64,000 bases of DNA from an uncultured virus (IMG/VR IMGVR_UViG_3300028572_000010) (taxonomy: Duplodnaviria > Heunggongvirae > Uroviricota > Caudoviricetes). The DNA lies in IMG/VR virus record IMGVR_UViG_3300028572_000010, positions 62,001-126,000 of that record. One strand, given 5' to 3'. The notes below the pieces were generated by a model. It did no database searches, was not told the origin of the DNA, and saw only the letters and a list, made by a program, of their open reading frames with translations. Below, piece by piece: positions 31,989 to 41,684 of the stretch (its first letter is position 1; each line of letters starts with the position of its first letter). The translations under genes were made by a program, and so were the position numbers.

Positions 31989-34484
31989 TTAGAATCCAGT
32001 CACTGCTGTATGTGCCACCTGTCCAGCATCAAAGTACGTTCTGTATCCGATTGGTACAGCGGTCCCTGCTGCATTGTTGCTTTCCCACAAAAGCGATACG
32101 TTAGAAATTCCAAACCATGTCGGAGTACTCGTTAAGTTGTAAATGCGATATACTAGATTGGTCAATGCACTTCCATCAAATGTCGTGCGTTGTGCGCCAT
32201 TTGTATCCCCCAATTGAAACGACAGCTGTTGCATTCCCTGAATCCCGGCATCAACCGTCCCCATGCTGGAATTGTAATTCAGCCATGTTGCTGACCAGTT
32301 CGGATACGGCCACGGTTTGAATGCACAGAGATCCGCGAAACCGAGGTTAAAATTGTGCGCGAAAAGAGTGCGTGCGTCAGGATGGATGGGGGGCACGTCG
32401 GCCGAAAATGCGGCCTCGACATTTGACCCCACATAATCCGACTCCCGGATTACCCCGGCGATGGATTGCAGAAAGTTGGTATACAAGGCCGCTTGCACGT
32501 TCTTCCAATACAGATTCGTTGACGCCCCAAAGCGGTAGTCCCAGTGTGTATCTATTAACCAAATTGGGATGCCCACATTGTATAAGGGGATATAAAACGA
32601 GTTCCAATAAGAGATAATATTGGCAATGGACGTGTTGGCAAAGGCATCGTTGCGCGGCCCATCAGTCTCAAATATTACACTGGGATAGCGCAAGCGGTTT
32701 AGGTTGGTCATGGCACCCGGACTCCAAGAGTTTGTCCCATAACCCTCATTGTTATAGGTCGCCATCGTGCTTCCGGGCGAAGCATCAACAAGCGTCAGCA
32801 CGTCTGGGTTCTCGACCGCGAACAAATAAGGCATCGAGTTGGTGTAGACAATGCCGCTTCCCAGACCGACGAACTTGGCAGGTACAGCAAAATTAATGAG
32901 ACTCGACCCGCCAAAATCAACCGCCGAGTGATAACGCATTAAATCGGTCGCAAATTTGTATCCCGCGATAGCAACAGACGGGTTATTTTCCGCACTAACA
33001 TTGTACAGGATATAACCACCCAGAGTGCCCACGGCGTTGGTGATGAAGTTCCCAGGTGCACTCAAGGCAAAATTGGTTCCAGCACCACCAATCCATAATT
33101 GATTATAAGGGCCGCCTGCTGGACCAAAGTTGTTGACATTCGTTGGCACTGCCGCGAATGTGAAGAAACCAGGCTTCGACTGGCACCAATAACTGGCTTG
33201 ACCATTGGTGTTACCACTAATGCCGATGACATAAGGGATTCCCATCGGTGTGCGCGAATCGTACTGCCCATTCATCATGATCTTGGCTTGATTTGTCGAA
33301 ATATTAAATGGGTTCTGATAAGTGTTGAAATTTGTACCAAATGGGCTTGCCCATATCTGTTCATTTTGGTTTACGTCAATGGTCGTACCAGCAATGCCGG
33401 ACCAATTATTGGTATTATAAAGTGCCACCCATGGACACGCCCCATTACCCTCGTTAAGGTTATTTGCATCCATATTGCTGGCATTATTCCAATACCATAA
33501 GACCGCAAAGAAATTAGTTAATGGGGCAATGTTGACCGTGAAAATGTTGGTTCCGGACTCCCGTGCTCCGTTGATGTTCGGGCCTGTAAAACCGTAGCTC
33601 ACCCCCAATGGGACTGTCATCGGGTTCAGCATTAAATCGTAATTGGTGGGGTTGAACCGGCTATCAAAGCATCCAGCTGACACCACATTAGACGCGACAC
33701 TTAATGCGTACTGATCATTCCAAGCTGTTGTAAGAAATGACTGTGCTTCAATGTCTGATACATGATTTGTATTGCAGTAAGTTCTGGCAAGAGTGTCATT
33801 ATATATCGTTATTGCAGTATTTGTGCTGACGTAGTTATTCGTCGTCACCACACTCCCTGGCAGGCTGGCGATTGGGAGCGTGCCGGTTGCGGTGGAAACC
33901 GAGTAGTTGGTTGCGTTGACCAGATTCAATGCTGGTGATGCGCCATTAGTGACAAACGAAGGTAGATTGGTCGGGTTGATAATACCGACGATGTTTGGGC
34001 CGGACAGATTAGTCCCAGCGCCTAGATTCGATGGCTCGACGAGGTTAAATCCATTCGTCCACGTTGCTACTAAGTTTCCACCAGAATCACGAAGCTGTCG
34101 AGTAGTTGTATTAATTGCCTGAAAGCCACCAATGAAATCAAATCCAGTTAGTCCGTAAATCGTCTCACTAGCTGTCTGTGTAATGCCATTCGTAGCCGTA
34201 AAATTACCACTCACCAATAGTGTGTTGTTCACGGTTACATTATTACTAAAGGTTACAGGTCCAGTAGCATTATTACTAAGGATATTCTGAGGTATGGTAA
34301 ATCCTAACACTGTGCTATTAGTCAGTGTTGCAGCCAAAGCCGGAGCATTGGTCTGGAATAGATTAGTACTTGAACCTGCTAAAACCCCATTAGTATCAGT
34401 AATAACAGCTACTGATATAATATTAGCCTGGATTGATACTAAACTAAATAATAGGATTGATGATGCTATGAATTTCTTAAACAT
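31989..34484 (-). CDS. signal-peptide-bearing fibre-like protein with possible C-terminal SGNH-like domain
   Basis: MFKKFIASSILLFSLVSIQA signal; GGSSL / PRND / PPIHP blocks; GC-richer core. Confidence 0.55.
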   Translation of the reverse strand: MFKKFIASSILLFSLVSIQANIISVAVITDTNGVLAGSSTNLFQTNAPALAATLTNSTVLGFTIPQNILSNNATGPVTFSNNVTVNNTLLVSGNFTATNGITQTASETIYGLTGFDFIGGFQAINTTTRQLRDSGGNLVATWTNGFNLVEPSNLGAGTNLSGPNIVGIINPTNLPSFVTNGASPALNLVNATNYSVSTATGTLPIASLPGSVVTTNNYVSTNTAITIYNDTLARTYCNTNHVSDIEAQSFLTTAWNDQYALSVASNVVSAGCFDSRFNPTNYDLMLNPMTVPLGVSYGFTGPNINGARESGTNIFTVNIAPLTNFFAVLWYWNNASNMDANNLNEGNGACPWVALYNTNNWSGIAGTTIDVNQNEQIWASPFGTNFNTYQNPFNISTNQAKIMMNGQYDSRTPMGIPYVIGISGNTNGQASYWCQSKPGFFTFAAVPTNVNNFGPAGGPYNQLWIGGAGTNFALSAPGNFITNAVGTLGGYILYNVSAENNPSVAIAGYKFATDLMRYHSAVDFGGSSLINFAVPAKFVGLGSGIVYTNSMPYLFAVENPDVLTLVDASPGSTMATYNNEGYGTNSWSPGAMTNLNRLRYPSVIFETDGPRNDAFANTSIANIISYWNSFYIPLYNVGIPIWLIDTHWDYRFGASTNLYWKNVQAALYTNFLQSIAGVIRESDYVGSNVEAAFSADVPPIHPDARTLFAHNFNLGFADLCAFKPWPYPNWSATWLNYNSSMGTVDAGIQGMQQLSFQLGDTNGAQRTTFDGSALTNLVYRIYNLTSTPTWFGISNVSLLWESNNAAGTAVPIGYRTYFDAGQVAHTAVTGF

Positions 34485-34487
34485 AAA

Positions 34488-35000
34488 TTAATTAGATACT
34501 ACCCAAGCGAGTTGAGGAGGATTGTTGACACACTGTAAATTATAACTTAATCCAGTAGTGGTATTGCTATAAATAAACGATGAACCATTTGATGTACTAG
34601 ATCCTACTACAGATAATGTTACTGGATTATATAGATTATCATGAGAGATCCAAATATATAGATAATTACCGGTTAAATTAAGATTAGTATTTGATTCAAA
34701 ATCAAATAAGTTACTATTATAAGGATTAATAGTCTTTATAGTAGTAGACCCTGAATTACCGTCTACTACAACATTCTGCCTAATCGAACCAGCAATTAGA
34801 CCAGAACTAGTTAAAGGTAGATTGGAACTTGTAATAAGATAATTGATACTTACTTCTGCACCTTGAGCTGGAGGATTAGTACCATTTACTAAAGTTACGG
34901 TAAAGGTAGGAGAAGTCCAGCCACCACCTACTTGAATAGCATTGGCATCATATTCATAGGTTGCAGCCAAAGTCTTGTTAGTTATTAGATTTGTACTCAT
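34488..35000 (-). CDS. structural protein ending in a PPQLAW module
   Basis: C-terminus NTTTGLSYNLQCVNNPPQLAWV matches the repeats of 18415-20610. Confidence 0.55.
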   Translation of the reverse strand: MSTNLITNKTLAATYEYDANAIQVGGGWTSPTFTVTLVNGTNPPAQGAEVSINYLITSSNLPLTSSGLIAGSIRQNVVVDGNSGSTTIKTINPYNSNLFDFESNTNLNLTGNYLYIWISHDNLYNPVTLSVVGSSTSNGSSFIYSNTTTGLSYNLQCVNNPPQLAWVVSN

Positions 35001-35002
35001 AA

Positions 35003-36100
35003 TTATACATTACCTGCATCTAATGTAGGTGTGGGTAAGGAGGTATTGCCTGTAGTTAGGGTATGCCATAGATTGGTTGTACTATTATGATATTGCATAC
35101 CTTTTACCAAATCAAATCTAAAGTTACTACCTGAACCTGTAGTTGTGGTTCCATCATCAAAAGCTAGTTCGGCTGGATTACTTATACAAAGAAGCGTATG
35201 CCATTTAGTAGTAGAAGTATTGTAGAATTGAAAACCTAGATTGTCTATAAATCTCACATTAGAGAAGTTATTATTAAATAAGTTATTATTAAAAGCTGGT
35301 TGGGGGGTTGAGCCGTAATTCATTAATGTATACCAGGAAGTTGTAGGTATATGATATAATTGCCACCCTATATTCTCTTTAAACCTAACTCCAGTAACCC
35401 CTAATGTATAATTACCATATAAATCCCTGGTCATATTTAAACTACTGTTATTATATATATAATTAACGTAATTTAAACTTGTACCACTAACAATACCTCC
35501 AGCATCGGTTATGTCTGGAAAGAAGGAAGCTCCTGATACCGCTTGAGTAGAAACTGCAGTAATCAAACCTTTAGCATTAACTGTAATTACTGGAATGTGT
35601 TGTAAATCACCAAAAATACCTACATTAGAGTTTACTGTAGCTAAGGTAGTTAATACTGATCCTACTGAAGTTGTTATATCTCCGGTCAAGGCTGGCATTC
35701 TTAGCGTAGGCAATGTTCCGGATATAATAGCAGAGGCATCAAAAGTAGAAGTAGTAGCTGCTAATGTATTGATAGCAGATTCAATATCAGTAAGTGTTTT
35801 TGCTGTAACTACTAAACTAATTATATCCCCTACTAATATAGACCTTGGACTAGTTCCTTCCTGTGCTCTAGTTATTGCTGTAAATGTATCCCCACTAACA
35901 GCAGTAACTCTAAAGATTTCCGAGTTTAATAAGGTTGGGAAAATACCTGTAGGATATACTACTACATTAAATGGCGGGCTAGGAAATAAGGCTCCACCAC
36001 CACTAGCTAGAGTTAAAGATGTTCCGGATAGGGCTGGACTAGGGGCACCTAATACTGAAGTACTAACCAGGTTCTTGTGAAGATCAAAAGTAAAAGCCAT
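35003..36100 (-). CDS. tail fibre-like structural protein
   Basis: EIFRVTAVSGDTFT.ITRAQEGT and ITVNAKGLITA fibre motifs. Confidence 0.65.
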   Translation of the reverse strand: MAFTFDLHKNLVSTSVLGAPSPALSGTSLTLASGGGALFPSPPFNVVVYPTGIFPTLLNSEIFRVTAVSGDTFTAITRAQEGTSPRSILVGDIISLVVTAKTLTDIESAINTLAATTSTFDASAIISGTLPTLRMPALTGDITTSVGSVLTTLATVNSNVGIFGDLQHIPVITVNAKGLITAVSTQAVSGASFFPDITDAGGIVSGTSLNYVNYIYNNSSLNMTRDLYGNYTLGVTGVRFKENIGWQLYHIPTTSWYTLMNYGSTPQPAFNNNLFNNNFSNVRFIDNLGFQFYNTSTTKWHTLLCISNPAELAFDDGTTTTGSGSNFRFDLVKGMQYHNSTTNLWHTLTTGNTSLPTPTLDAGNV

Positions 36101-36103
36101 AAA

Positions 36104-36478
36104 TTATGTTATGATTATCGTCTCGCCTATAAGTTTTCCATCATCTTCACCAGTATAACCTAAATGATACTCAGTATTAATTATTTTACCGTCACTTTGG
36201 ATAGTTATAGTATTTCTTCTAAAGTGCTTCAATTTTATATAGTTAGGATTAGTATGGGTTGGTTTAAATATTATATGCTTTTTAAAATAAAATGTTAATG
36301 TAGCTAGGTCCAAACTAAACCAGTTTTCGTCATTATAGAGAGTAAATGTCTTAATTTCATCCAATTTAAGATCAGAATAACAGCTTTTAGTAGGATCTAT
36401 AATAGAAATATCTTCCTCATTCTGTTCATAAGTAGACCCATCATTATAAACTACTTTGTATAAATATTTAAACTTCAT
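36104..36478 (-). CDS. hypothetical protein
   Basis: 124 aa; FRR...YHLGY pattern. Confidence 0.55.
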   Translation of the reverse strand: MKFKYLYKVVYNDGSTYEQNEEDISIIDPTKSCYSDLKLDEIKTFTLYNDENWFSLDLATLTFYFKKHIIFKPTHTNPNYIKLKHFRRNTITIQSDGKIINTEYHLGYTGEDDGKLIGETIIIT

Positions 36479-37019
36479 TATAACTTACCTGGAGTATTAC
36501 ATTGTTTAAATCTCCAGCATTGGCATTGATGGCTACTTGTAATTGAGTTATAAAATATGTGCTATATAATGGAGTTCCTGAATTACCAGCTGCATTAGAC
36601 TTACCATCAGCTCCAGCACCATCTACATTATTAGGAGCAGGACCTATTAACAGATTAACTGAACTACCTACACTACTTAAATCATTGGAGGTGATGGAGG
36701 TAGTTGCTGTAGTAGGTGTAATATAAAGTGGTCTATTACTAGTTTGAGTTATAGTTGGATTCGACATTAATTTCACTCCGGAAGGGAGGGTACCGGTTAA
36801 ATGAGTAACTGATACATTTCCTATACTTGTAAATACTCCAGTAAATTTAAAATAATTATATACAGTATAGCTATTATTGCCTAGATTGAGGACAGCATTA
36901 TAAGAACTATATGGAGTAGTAACATCATCTACAGCTTTCCAACTAATTGAGCTTATATTCTCTGTAATCAAGCCTGGTATAACACCATTCCTTTCACACA
37001 ATGAGATAATAGCTGACAT
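36468..37019 (-). CDS. hypothetical structural protein
   Basis: GNNSY...YFITQLQV...AGD...SYNE; likely start ATG 37019. Confidence 0.55.
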   Translation of the reverse strand: MSAIISLCERNGVIPGLITENISSISWKAVDDVTTPYSSYNAVLNLGNNSYTVYNYFKFTGVFTSIGNVSVTHLTGTLPSGVKLMSNPTITQTSNRPLYITPTTATTSITSNDLSSVGSSVNLLIGPAPNNVDGAGADGKSNAAGNSGTPLYSTYFITQLQVAINANAGDLNNVILQVSYNEV

Positions 37020-37025
37020 AACTAT

Positions 37026-37054
37026 ATAATACAATCAAGTTAATCTATATTCAA
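37026..37054 (-). promoter_or_regulatory. sigma70-like promoter, probably leaderless
   Basis: TTGAAT-17-TATTAT, ATG 6 nt downstream. Confidence 0.55.
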
Positions 37055-37215
37055 GGCAAACTTACTGATAGCTAAAAAAAGGTGTGCTTTGCAGCTATCA
37101 CCTTAGGTAGATTAAAACAGAACATATCTGGGAGGGCTATAATTAAGTGGTCTAGCTTCATTCTTAGTCAACTTAATATCTGCCATTGTTGCTATATTAT
37201 ATAATATGTGAAGTT

Positions 37216-37593
37216 TCATAATTCTAATTCTAGCTTTCTATCATTAATATTGTATTCCTGTCTAATTTTAGCAATTTTATTCTTTTTCTTAGATTTAATA
37301 GGCTGTGGTTTATAGTTTTTCTTAAAGTCTAATTCTATTGACTGTTTGCAACCTTTACAACCTATACAATTATAACAAGCACTACAACGACTACAACTTC
37401 TACAACTATTACAATTAATACAATCACTACAATAACTACAATTAATACAACTACTACAATTACTACAACTACTACAATCTCTACAATTATAACAATTAGT
37501 TAAGGTAGGTGAATATGTAGTAGCTAGTTCTTCAGTTATCCAACTATTACCGTTTTCGTCATACCATCTATCAGCTCTTTTTGTTAGTTTCAT
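37216..37593 (-). CDS. (Cxx)n repeat protein, RWYDEN family; ends DRKLELEL
   Basis: Conserved N-domain, 9-bp TGT-NNT-NNT repeats and tagged tail. Confidence 0.8.
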   Translation of the reverse strand: MKLTKRADRWYDENGNSWITEELATTYSPTLTNCYNCRDCSSCSNCSSCINCSYCSDCINCNSCRSCSRCSACYNCIGCKGCKQSIELDFKKNYKPQPIKSKKKNKIAKIRQEYNINDRKLELEL

Positions 37594-37772
37594 GATTGTG
37601 TTACTGAAATATAACGTAAAGAACTACCATTTAAAGCATAAGCGTAATTAAGTATTCTAACTTCATCATCACTTAAATCAACTATGGTAAGGTCTTCAAA
37701 ATTTAATGTTCCATTTATCTTATCAACCAATATATAAGTATCATCGATTGTATTTTTATTGTTTATTATCAT
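37590..37772 (-). CDS. hypothetical protein
   Basis: 60 aa, ATGA-coupled on both sides. Confidence 0.55.
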   Translation of the reverse strand: MIINNKNTIDDTYILVDKINGTLNFEDLTIVDLSDDEVRILNYAYALNGSSLRYISVTQS

Positions 37773-38182
37773 AGTTCAATCTCCAATCTTCTATCATTAA
37801 TATTGTATTCCTGTCTAATTTTAGCAATTTTATTCTTTTTCTTAGATTTAATAGGCTGTGGTTTATAGTTTTTCTTAAAGTCTAATTCTATTGACTGTTT
37901 GCAACCTTTACAAATACTACAACCACTACAACGACTACAACTAATACAATTTCTACAATTACTACAATCACTACAATTATAACAATTAATACAACTACTA
38001 CAATTACTACAACTACTACAATAACTACAATTATAACAATCTCTACAACTACTACAATTACTACAACCTCTACAATCATAACAATTAGTTAAGGTAGGTG
38101 AGTATTGAGTAGCTGATTCTTCAGTTATCCAACTATTATTATTTTCGTCATACCATCTATTATTTCGTTTTCTTAGTTTCAT
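37769..38182 (-). CDS. (Cxx)n repeat protein, RWYDEN family; ends DRRLEIEL
   Basis: Same N-domain, repeats and tagged tail as 37216. Confidence 0.8.
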   Translation of the reverse strand: MKLRKRNNRWYDENNNSWITEESATQYSPTLTNCYDCRGCSNCSSCRDCYNCSYCSSCSNCSSCINCYNCSDCSNCRNCISCSRCSGCSICKGCKQSIELDFKKNYKPQPIKSKKKNKIAKIRQEYNINDRRLEIEL

Positions 38183-38202
38183 AGTGCTGTTTGTAAATGA
38201 TA

Positions 38203-38229
38203 ATAGCCTCCTAATTTTGTAGGAGGCTA
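38203..38229. terminator. intergenic hairpin
   Basis: TAGCCTCCTA...TAGGAGGCTA inverted repeat. Confidence 0.45.
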
Positions 38230-38243
38230 TGTTAAGATTGATA

Positions 38244-38942
38244 TTATTTATTTAAATAATGGACTAATTTCAATTTAATTTGATTAGCTAACTTCTTCCA
38301 ACCACTACTATTAGGATGTATTTCATTACCCCAGTCAGAAGTAGTTAATGTTCCTTGAAAATTAATATGAAGATGATTAGGTAGACTGAGCAAACTTATT
38401 CTTCTTTCAAATTCTAAAAGAATAAGCTTCGTTATATCAGCAGCATCTTTAGGATTAGTCCAGCCACAATGATCCATCCCAGGTTTAATCCAAGGACCTA
38501 ACCACAATACACCATTACCAATCATTTCAGGAACAGGAAAATCATAGCTATGTGTAATTATGAGACAGTTAGGAGCTATTTCATCTCTTAACTGAAACAG
38601 ATCCTCATAATCTGCTATAGCAAGATCCATGGCTGCATCAAGTCTATCAAGATCTATGGCTTTATTAATATTTCCATCCTTATTATCATTTAGAAATATA
38701 GGAAGCTGATCACCCACAAAATCATCACCACCACCTGAGAATAATAAGATATCACTGTTTGGTAGATATTGTTCCAACTTTAATCTCTTCTTTAAGCCCA
38801 TTGTTTCTTCAGTACTATCACCGGGATGGGCATAGTTTTCAATATCAATATCTAACACAACAGCTAAATGATCAGCCAACCCACCACCAGAGAAAGGAAG
38901 TGGGTAGCTGTTCCAACTATCACCATCTGCTATTATTTTCAT
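38244..38942 (-). CDS. SGNH/GDSL-family hydrolase
   Basis: ADGDSW, SGGGDD and NEIHP blocks. Confidence 0.8.
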   Translation of the reverse strand: MKIIADGDSWNSYPLPFSGGGLADHLAVVLDIDIENYAHPGDSTEETMGLKKRLKLEQYLPNSDILLFSGGGDDFVGDQLPIFLNDNKDGNINKAIDLDRLDAAMDLAIADYEDLFQLRDEIAPNCLIITHSYDFPVPEMIGNGVLWLGPWIKPGMDHCGWTNPKDAADITKLILLEFERRISLLSLPNHLHINFQGTLTTSDWGNEIHPNSSGWKKLANQIKLKLVHYLNK

Positions 38943-39262
38943 AATTCTAGTTCCAATCTTCTATCGTTAATATTGTATTCTTGTCTAATTTTAGTAATTT
39001 TCTTCTTTTTCTTAGATTTAATAGGTTGTGGTTTATAGTTTTTCTTATTTGCAAGATGATTACAACTCCTACAATTAACACACATATAACAATCTCTACA
39101 ATCACTACAATCACTACAACTATTACAATTATTACAATTACTACAATCACTACACCAGTTACAATTAGTTAGATTAGGTGAGTGTAGAGTAGCTAGTTGT
39201 TCTGTTATCCAACTATTATTGTTTTCGTCATACCATCTATCATTTCTTTTTGTTAGTTTCAT
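38939..39262 (-). CDS. (Cxx)n repeat protein, RWYDEN family; ends DRRLELEL
   Basis: Same architecture as 37216. Confidence 0.8.
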   Translation of the reverse strand: MKLTKRNDRWYDENNNSWITEQLATLHSPNLTNCNWCSDCSNCNNCNSCSDCSDCRDCYMCVNCRSCNHLANKKNYKPQPIKSKKKKKITKIRQEYNINDRRLELEL

Positions 39263-39292
39263 AGTGTAGTAGTATAAACTACTCTAACTAAA

Positions 39293-39925
39293 TTAGAAGT
39301 TGTATTTCCAACTAACGAATAAGTGATATCTATGTCCAGACTCAGTTCCGGCATTGATCCATTCACCCCAAGTAAACCCAGCGCCGACTTTACTAGTAGC
39401 AGTATTATAAATATCAACGTTGTATCCTATATCCCACAACTCAGCTGCCCCAGATGACCCAGATAAGGGTGTTCCGATACCAGCAATAGCAATAGGATCA
39501 GCTTCAATGTTACGAATACCGGTAGGAAGCCAGTTTAATAGTGATGTTGATGCTAATGGATGCGTAGGTGTTGAAAGAGTTACTGAACCACTGACCAAAG
39601 ACCAGGACCCCAACCAATCTGCCCCTAACACTGCACCAACTGCTCCTAAAGACCCGGTAAGTGTTGGGACATTATATACTGCCAATACACCACCACCATA
39701 TTTGTTAGCTGACTTAGGTGCATAAGTACCATAAGGACTAACTCCCCAATTAGTTGCCTGCATAATACCAGAATTTGCAATGTCCTGATAGATAGCCTGC
39801 ACAGCTGTTGAGACAGGAATGTTGGCCATCAAGTTTGGGACTTGAGTGACATTAGTTTGACCGAAAGCAGAAATAGTGCATAGACTAATTACTGCCATTA
39901 TTGATGTTATTGATGTTAATTTCAT
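39293..39925 (-). CDS. outer-membrane beta-barrel-like protein
   Basis: Signal peptide, amphipathic strands, C-terminal beta-signal-like HLFVSWKYNF. Confidence 0.55.
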   Translation of the reverse strand: MKLTSITSIMAVISLCTISAFGQTNVTQVPNLMANIPVSTAVQAIYQDIANSGIMQATNWGVSPYGTYAPKSANKYGGGVLAVYNVPTLTGSLGAVGAVLGADWLGSWSLVSGSVTLSTPTHPLASTSLLNWLPTGIRNIEADPIAIAGIGTPLSGSSGAAELWDIGYNVDIYNTATSKVGAGFTWGEWINAGTESGHRYHLFVSWKYNF

Positions 39926-39956
39926 ATGTTTATTATACGTTAATTTGTTTGTTTGT

Positions 39957-40202
39957 CTAGTTGTTATTCTTAAAAAATTCTTTGGTTAATCTTCTTATTC
40001 CTGATATCAAACCTAAAATTGCATATAAAGGCCAAATTGTTACATCTATTACAGCATATATGGCAATTACTAGGATAAATAATATTAACTTACACTTCTT
40101 AGGATAGTAATGGATGTCAGTATATTCAATAACAGTTCTTAAAGCTATAAGTATCCCTACTACTAAGTAACAGCTGGTTAATATTATATGGTTTGCTATC
40201 AC
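39957..40202 (-). CDS. small two-TM membrane protein
   Basis: Two hydrophobic segments; GTGA-coupled. Confidence 0.55.
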   Translation of the reverse strand: MIANHIILTSCYLVVGILIALRTVIEYTDIHYYPKKCKLILFILVIAIYAVIDVTIWPLYAILGLISGIRRLTKEFFKNNN

Positions 40203-40678
40203 AGTTCAATCTCCAATCTTCTATCATTAATGTCATATTCCTGTCTAATTTTACTCTTCTTAGCTCTACGTTTATACTTCATAGGTTTATAATAGCTTTT
40301 CTTAAAACCAAAAGCACAGTTTCTACAAAAAGAAAAGGTATTACATTTATAACAGTTTTTACAGTTACTACACTCACTACAATTATTACAATAACTACAA
40401 TAACTACAATCAATACAGCCAGTACAATCACTACAACGATTACAATCAATACAACTACTACAACCACTACAACTACTACAATTACTACAATCATTACAAT
40501 CATAACAATCAATACAACCAATACAACCTTTACAATGAATACAATTCCTACACCATCTACAATCTCTACAACTACTACAATTAGTTAGGGTAGGAGAGTC
40601 AGTAGTAGCTAGTTCTTCTGTAGACCAACTATTATTGTTTTCGTCATACCATCTATTATCTATTTTAGTTATTGTCAT
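40199..40678 (-). CDS. (Cxx)n repeat protein, RWYDEN family; ends DRRLEIEL
   Basis: Same architecture as 37216. Confidence 0.8.
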   Translation of the reverse strand: MTITKIDNRWYDENNNSWSTEELATTDSPTLTNCSSCRDCRWCRNCIHCKGCIGCIDCYDCNDCSNCSSCSGCSSCIDCNRCSDCTGCIDCSYCSYCNNCSECSNCKNCYKCNTFSFCRNCAFGFKKSYYKPMKYKRRAKKSKIRQEYDINDRRLEIEL

Positions 40679-40968
40679 AAGTCTAGTTCTAATCTTCTCT
40701 CTCCTCCCTCACTTCTAATTGACTTATTACCTTTAAATTCTACTAGCTCAAACTCAAGAATTTTAGTAACGAGAAAATTAAAACTATTCATTAGTGTAAT
40801 TTCATATAGTTCGTCTCCAATTTTTTCTCTATCTTCAAATACTCTAGCATTTTTTACTTCCCTTGTTGTATAGTCTATATAAGAATTCACTGCTAAATAC
40901 CGAATTTCATCAGCATTATCATATAGAAAACCATTTAGTTTTAGAACCTGTATTAGGTATATTTTCAT
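40675..40968 (-). CDS. non-Cys hypothetical protein ending IRSEGGERRLELDL
   Basis: 97 aa; carries the shared C-terminal motif. Confidence 0.65.
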   Translation of the reverse strand: MKIYLIQVLKLNGFLYDNADEIRYLAVNSYIDYTTREVKNARVFEDREKIGDELYEITLMNSFNFLVTKILEFELVEFKGNKSIRSEGGERRLELDL

Positions 40969-41016
40969 TTAGAATATATTGTGCTAGTTCATATTTATCT
41001 ACTACTTCATATATGT

Positions 41017-41289
41017 TCATAATAGTTTAATTAATCTTGCTATTATTAATTCATGGGTATAAATAATGTCTGGATTAGATTGAACTGATTTACACATATG
41101 TATATCCCTTATACAATCTCTAACCCCTTCTCTCCTAGCATCTCTTTGTATTTCTTCAACTATATCTTCAAACCGATGCGCAAAAGTATCCATAAATACA
41201 TTTTTGCCTTCTAATTTAGCTTTAGCTTCTCTCTCACAAGCAGCTATAAGTTCTTTTTGTTGTTCTTCAAATTCGTATAGTGTCTTCAT
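41017..41289 (-). CDS. hypothetical protein
   Basis: 90 aa, ATGA-coupled. Confidence 0.55.
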   Translation of the reverse strand: MKTLYEFEEQQKELIAACEREAKAKLEGKNVFMDTFAHRFEDIVEEIQRDARREGVRDCIRDIHMCKSVQSNPDIIYTHELIIARLIKLL

Positions 41290-41684
41290 AGTTCTATTTC
41301 CAGTTTTCTATTGTTTAAGTCAAATTCTTCTCTAACTAAATTTTCTTTGCAGCTTTCAATTAAACTTGCATCAACTTCAACTCTATCAAATAAAGAAGCA
41401 ATAAACTTACAATTATCACAATCACTACACCTACAACAACTCCTACAATTACTACAACTACTACAACTACCACAATTATTACAATTAATACAATCTCTAC
41501 AACTATCACAATCATTACAATTACTACACCAATTACTACAATCACTACAAACACTACAATTACTACAATTACTACAATTATAACAATTAGTTAGGGTAGG
41601 TGAATATAAAGTAGCTGCTTCTTCAGTATCCCAGCTATTATTGTTTTCGTCATACCATCTATTAGCTATTTTTGTTATTTTCAT
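41286..41684 (-). CDS. (Cxx)n repeat protein, RWYDEN family; ends NRKLEIEL
   Basis: Same architecture as 37216. Confidence 0.8.
   Translation of the reverse strand: MKITKIANRWYDENNNSWDTEEAATLYSPTLTNCYNCSNCSNCSVCSDCSNWCSNCNDCDSCRDCINCNNCGSCSSCSNCRSCCRCSDCDNCKFIASLFDRVEVDASLIESCKENLVREEFDLNNRKLEIEL

Noticed and set aside
28433..36080. Plus-strand and alternate-frame ORFs overlapping the large minus-strand genes
   Set aside because: Antisense shadows with no recognisable motifs.
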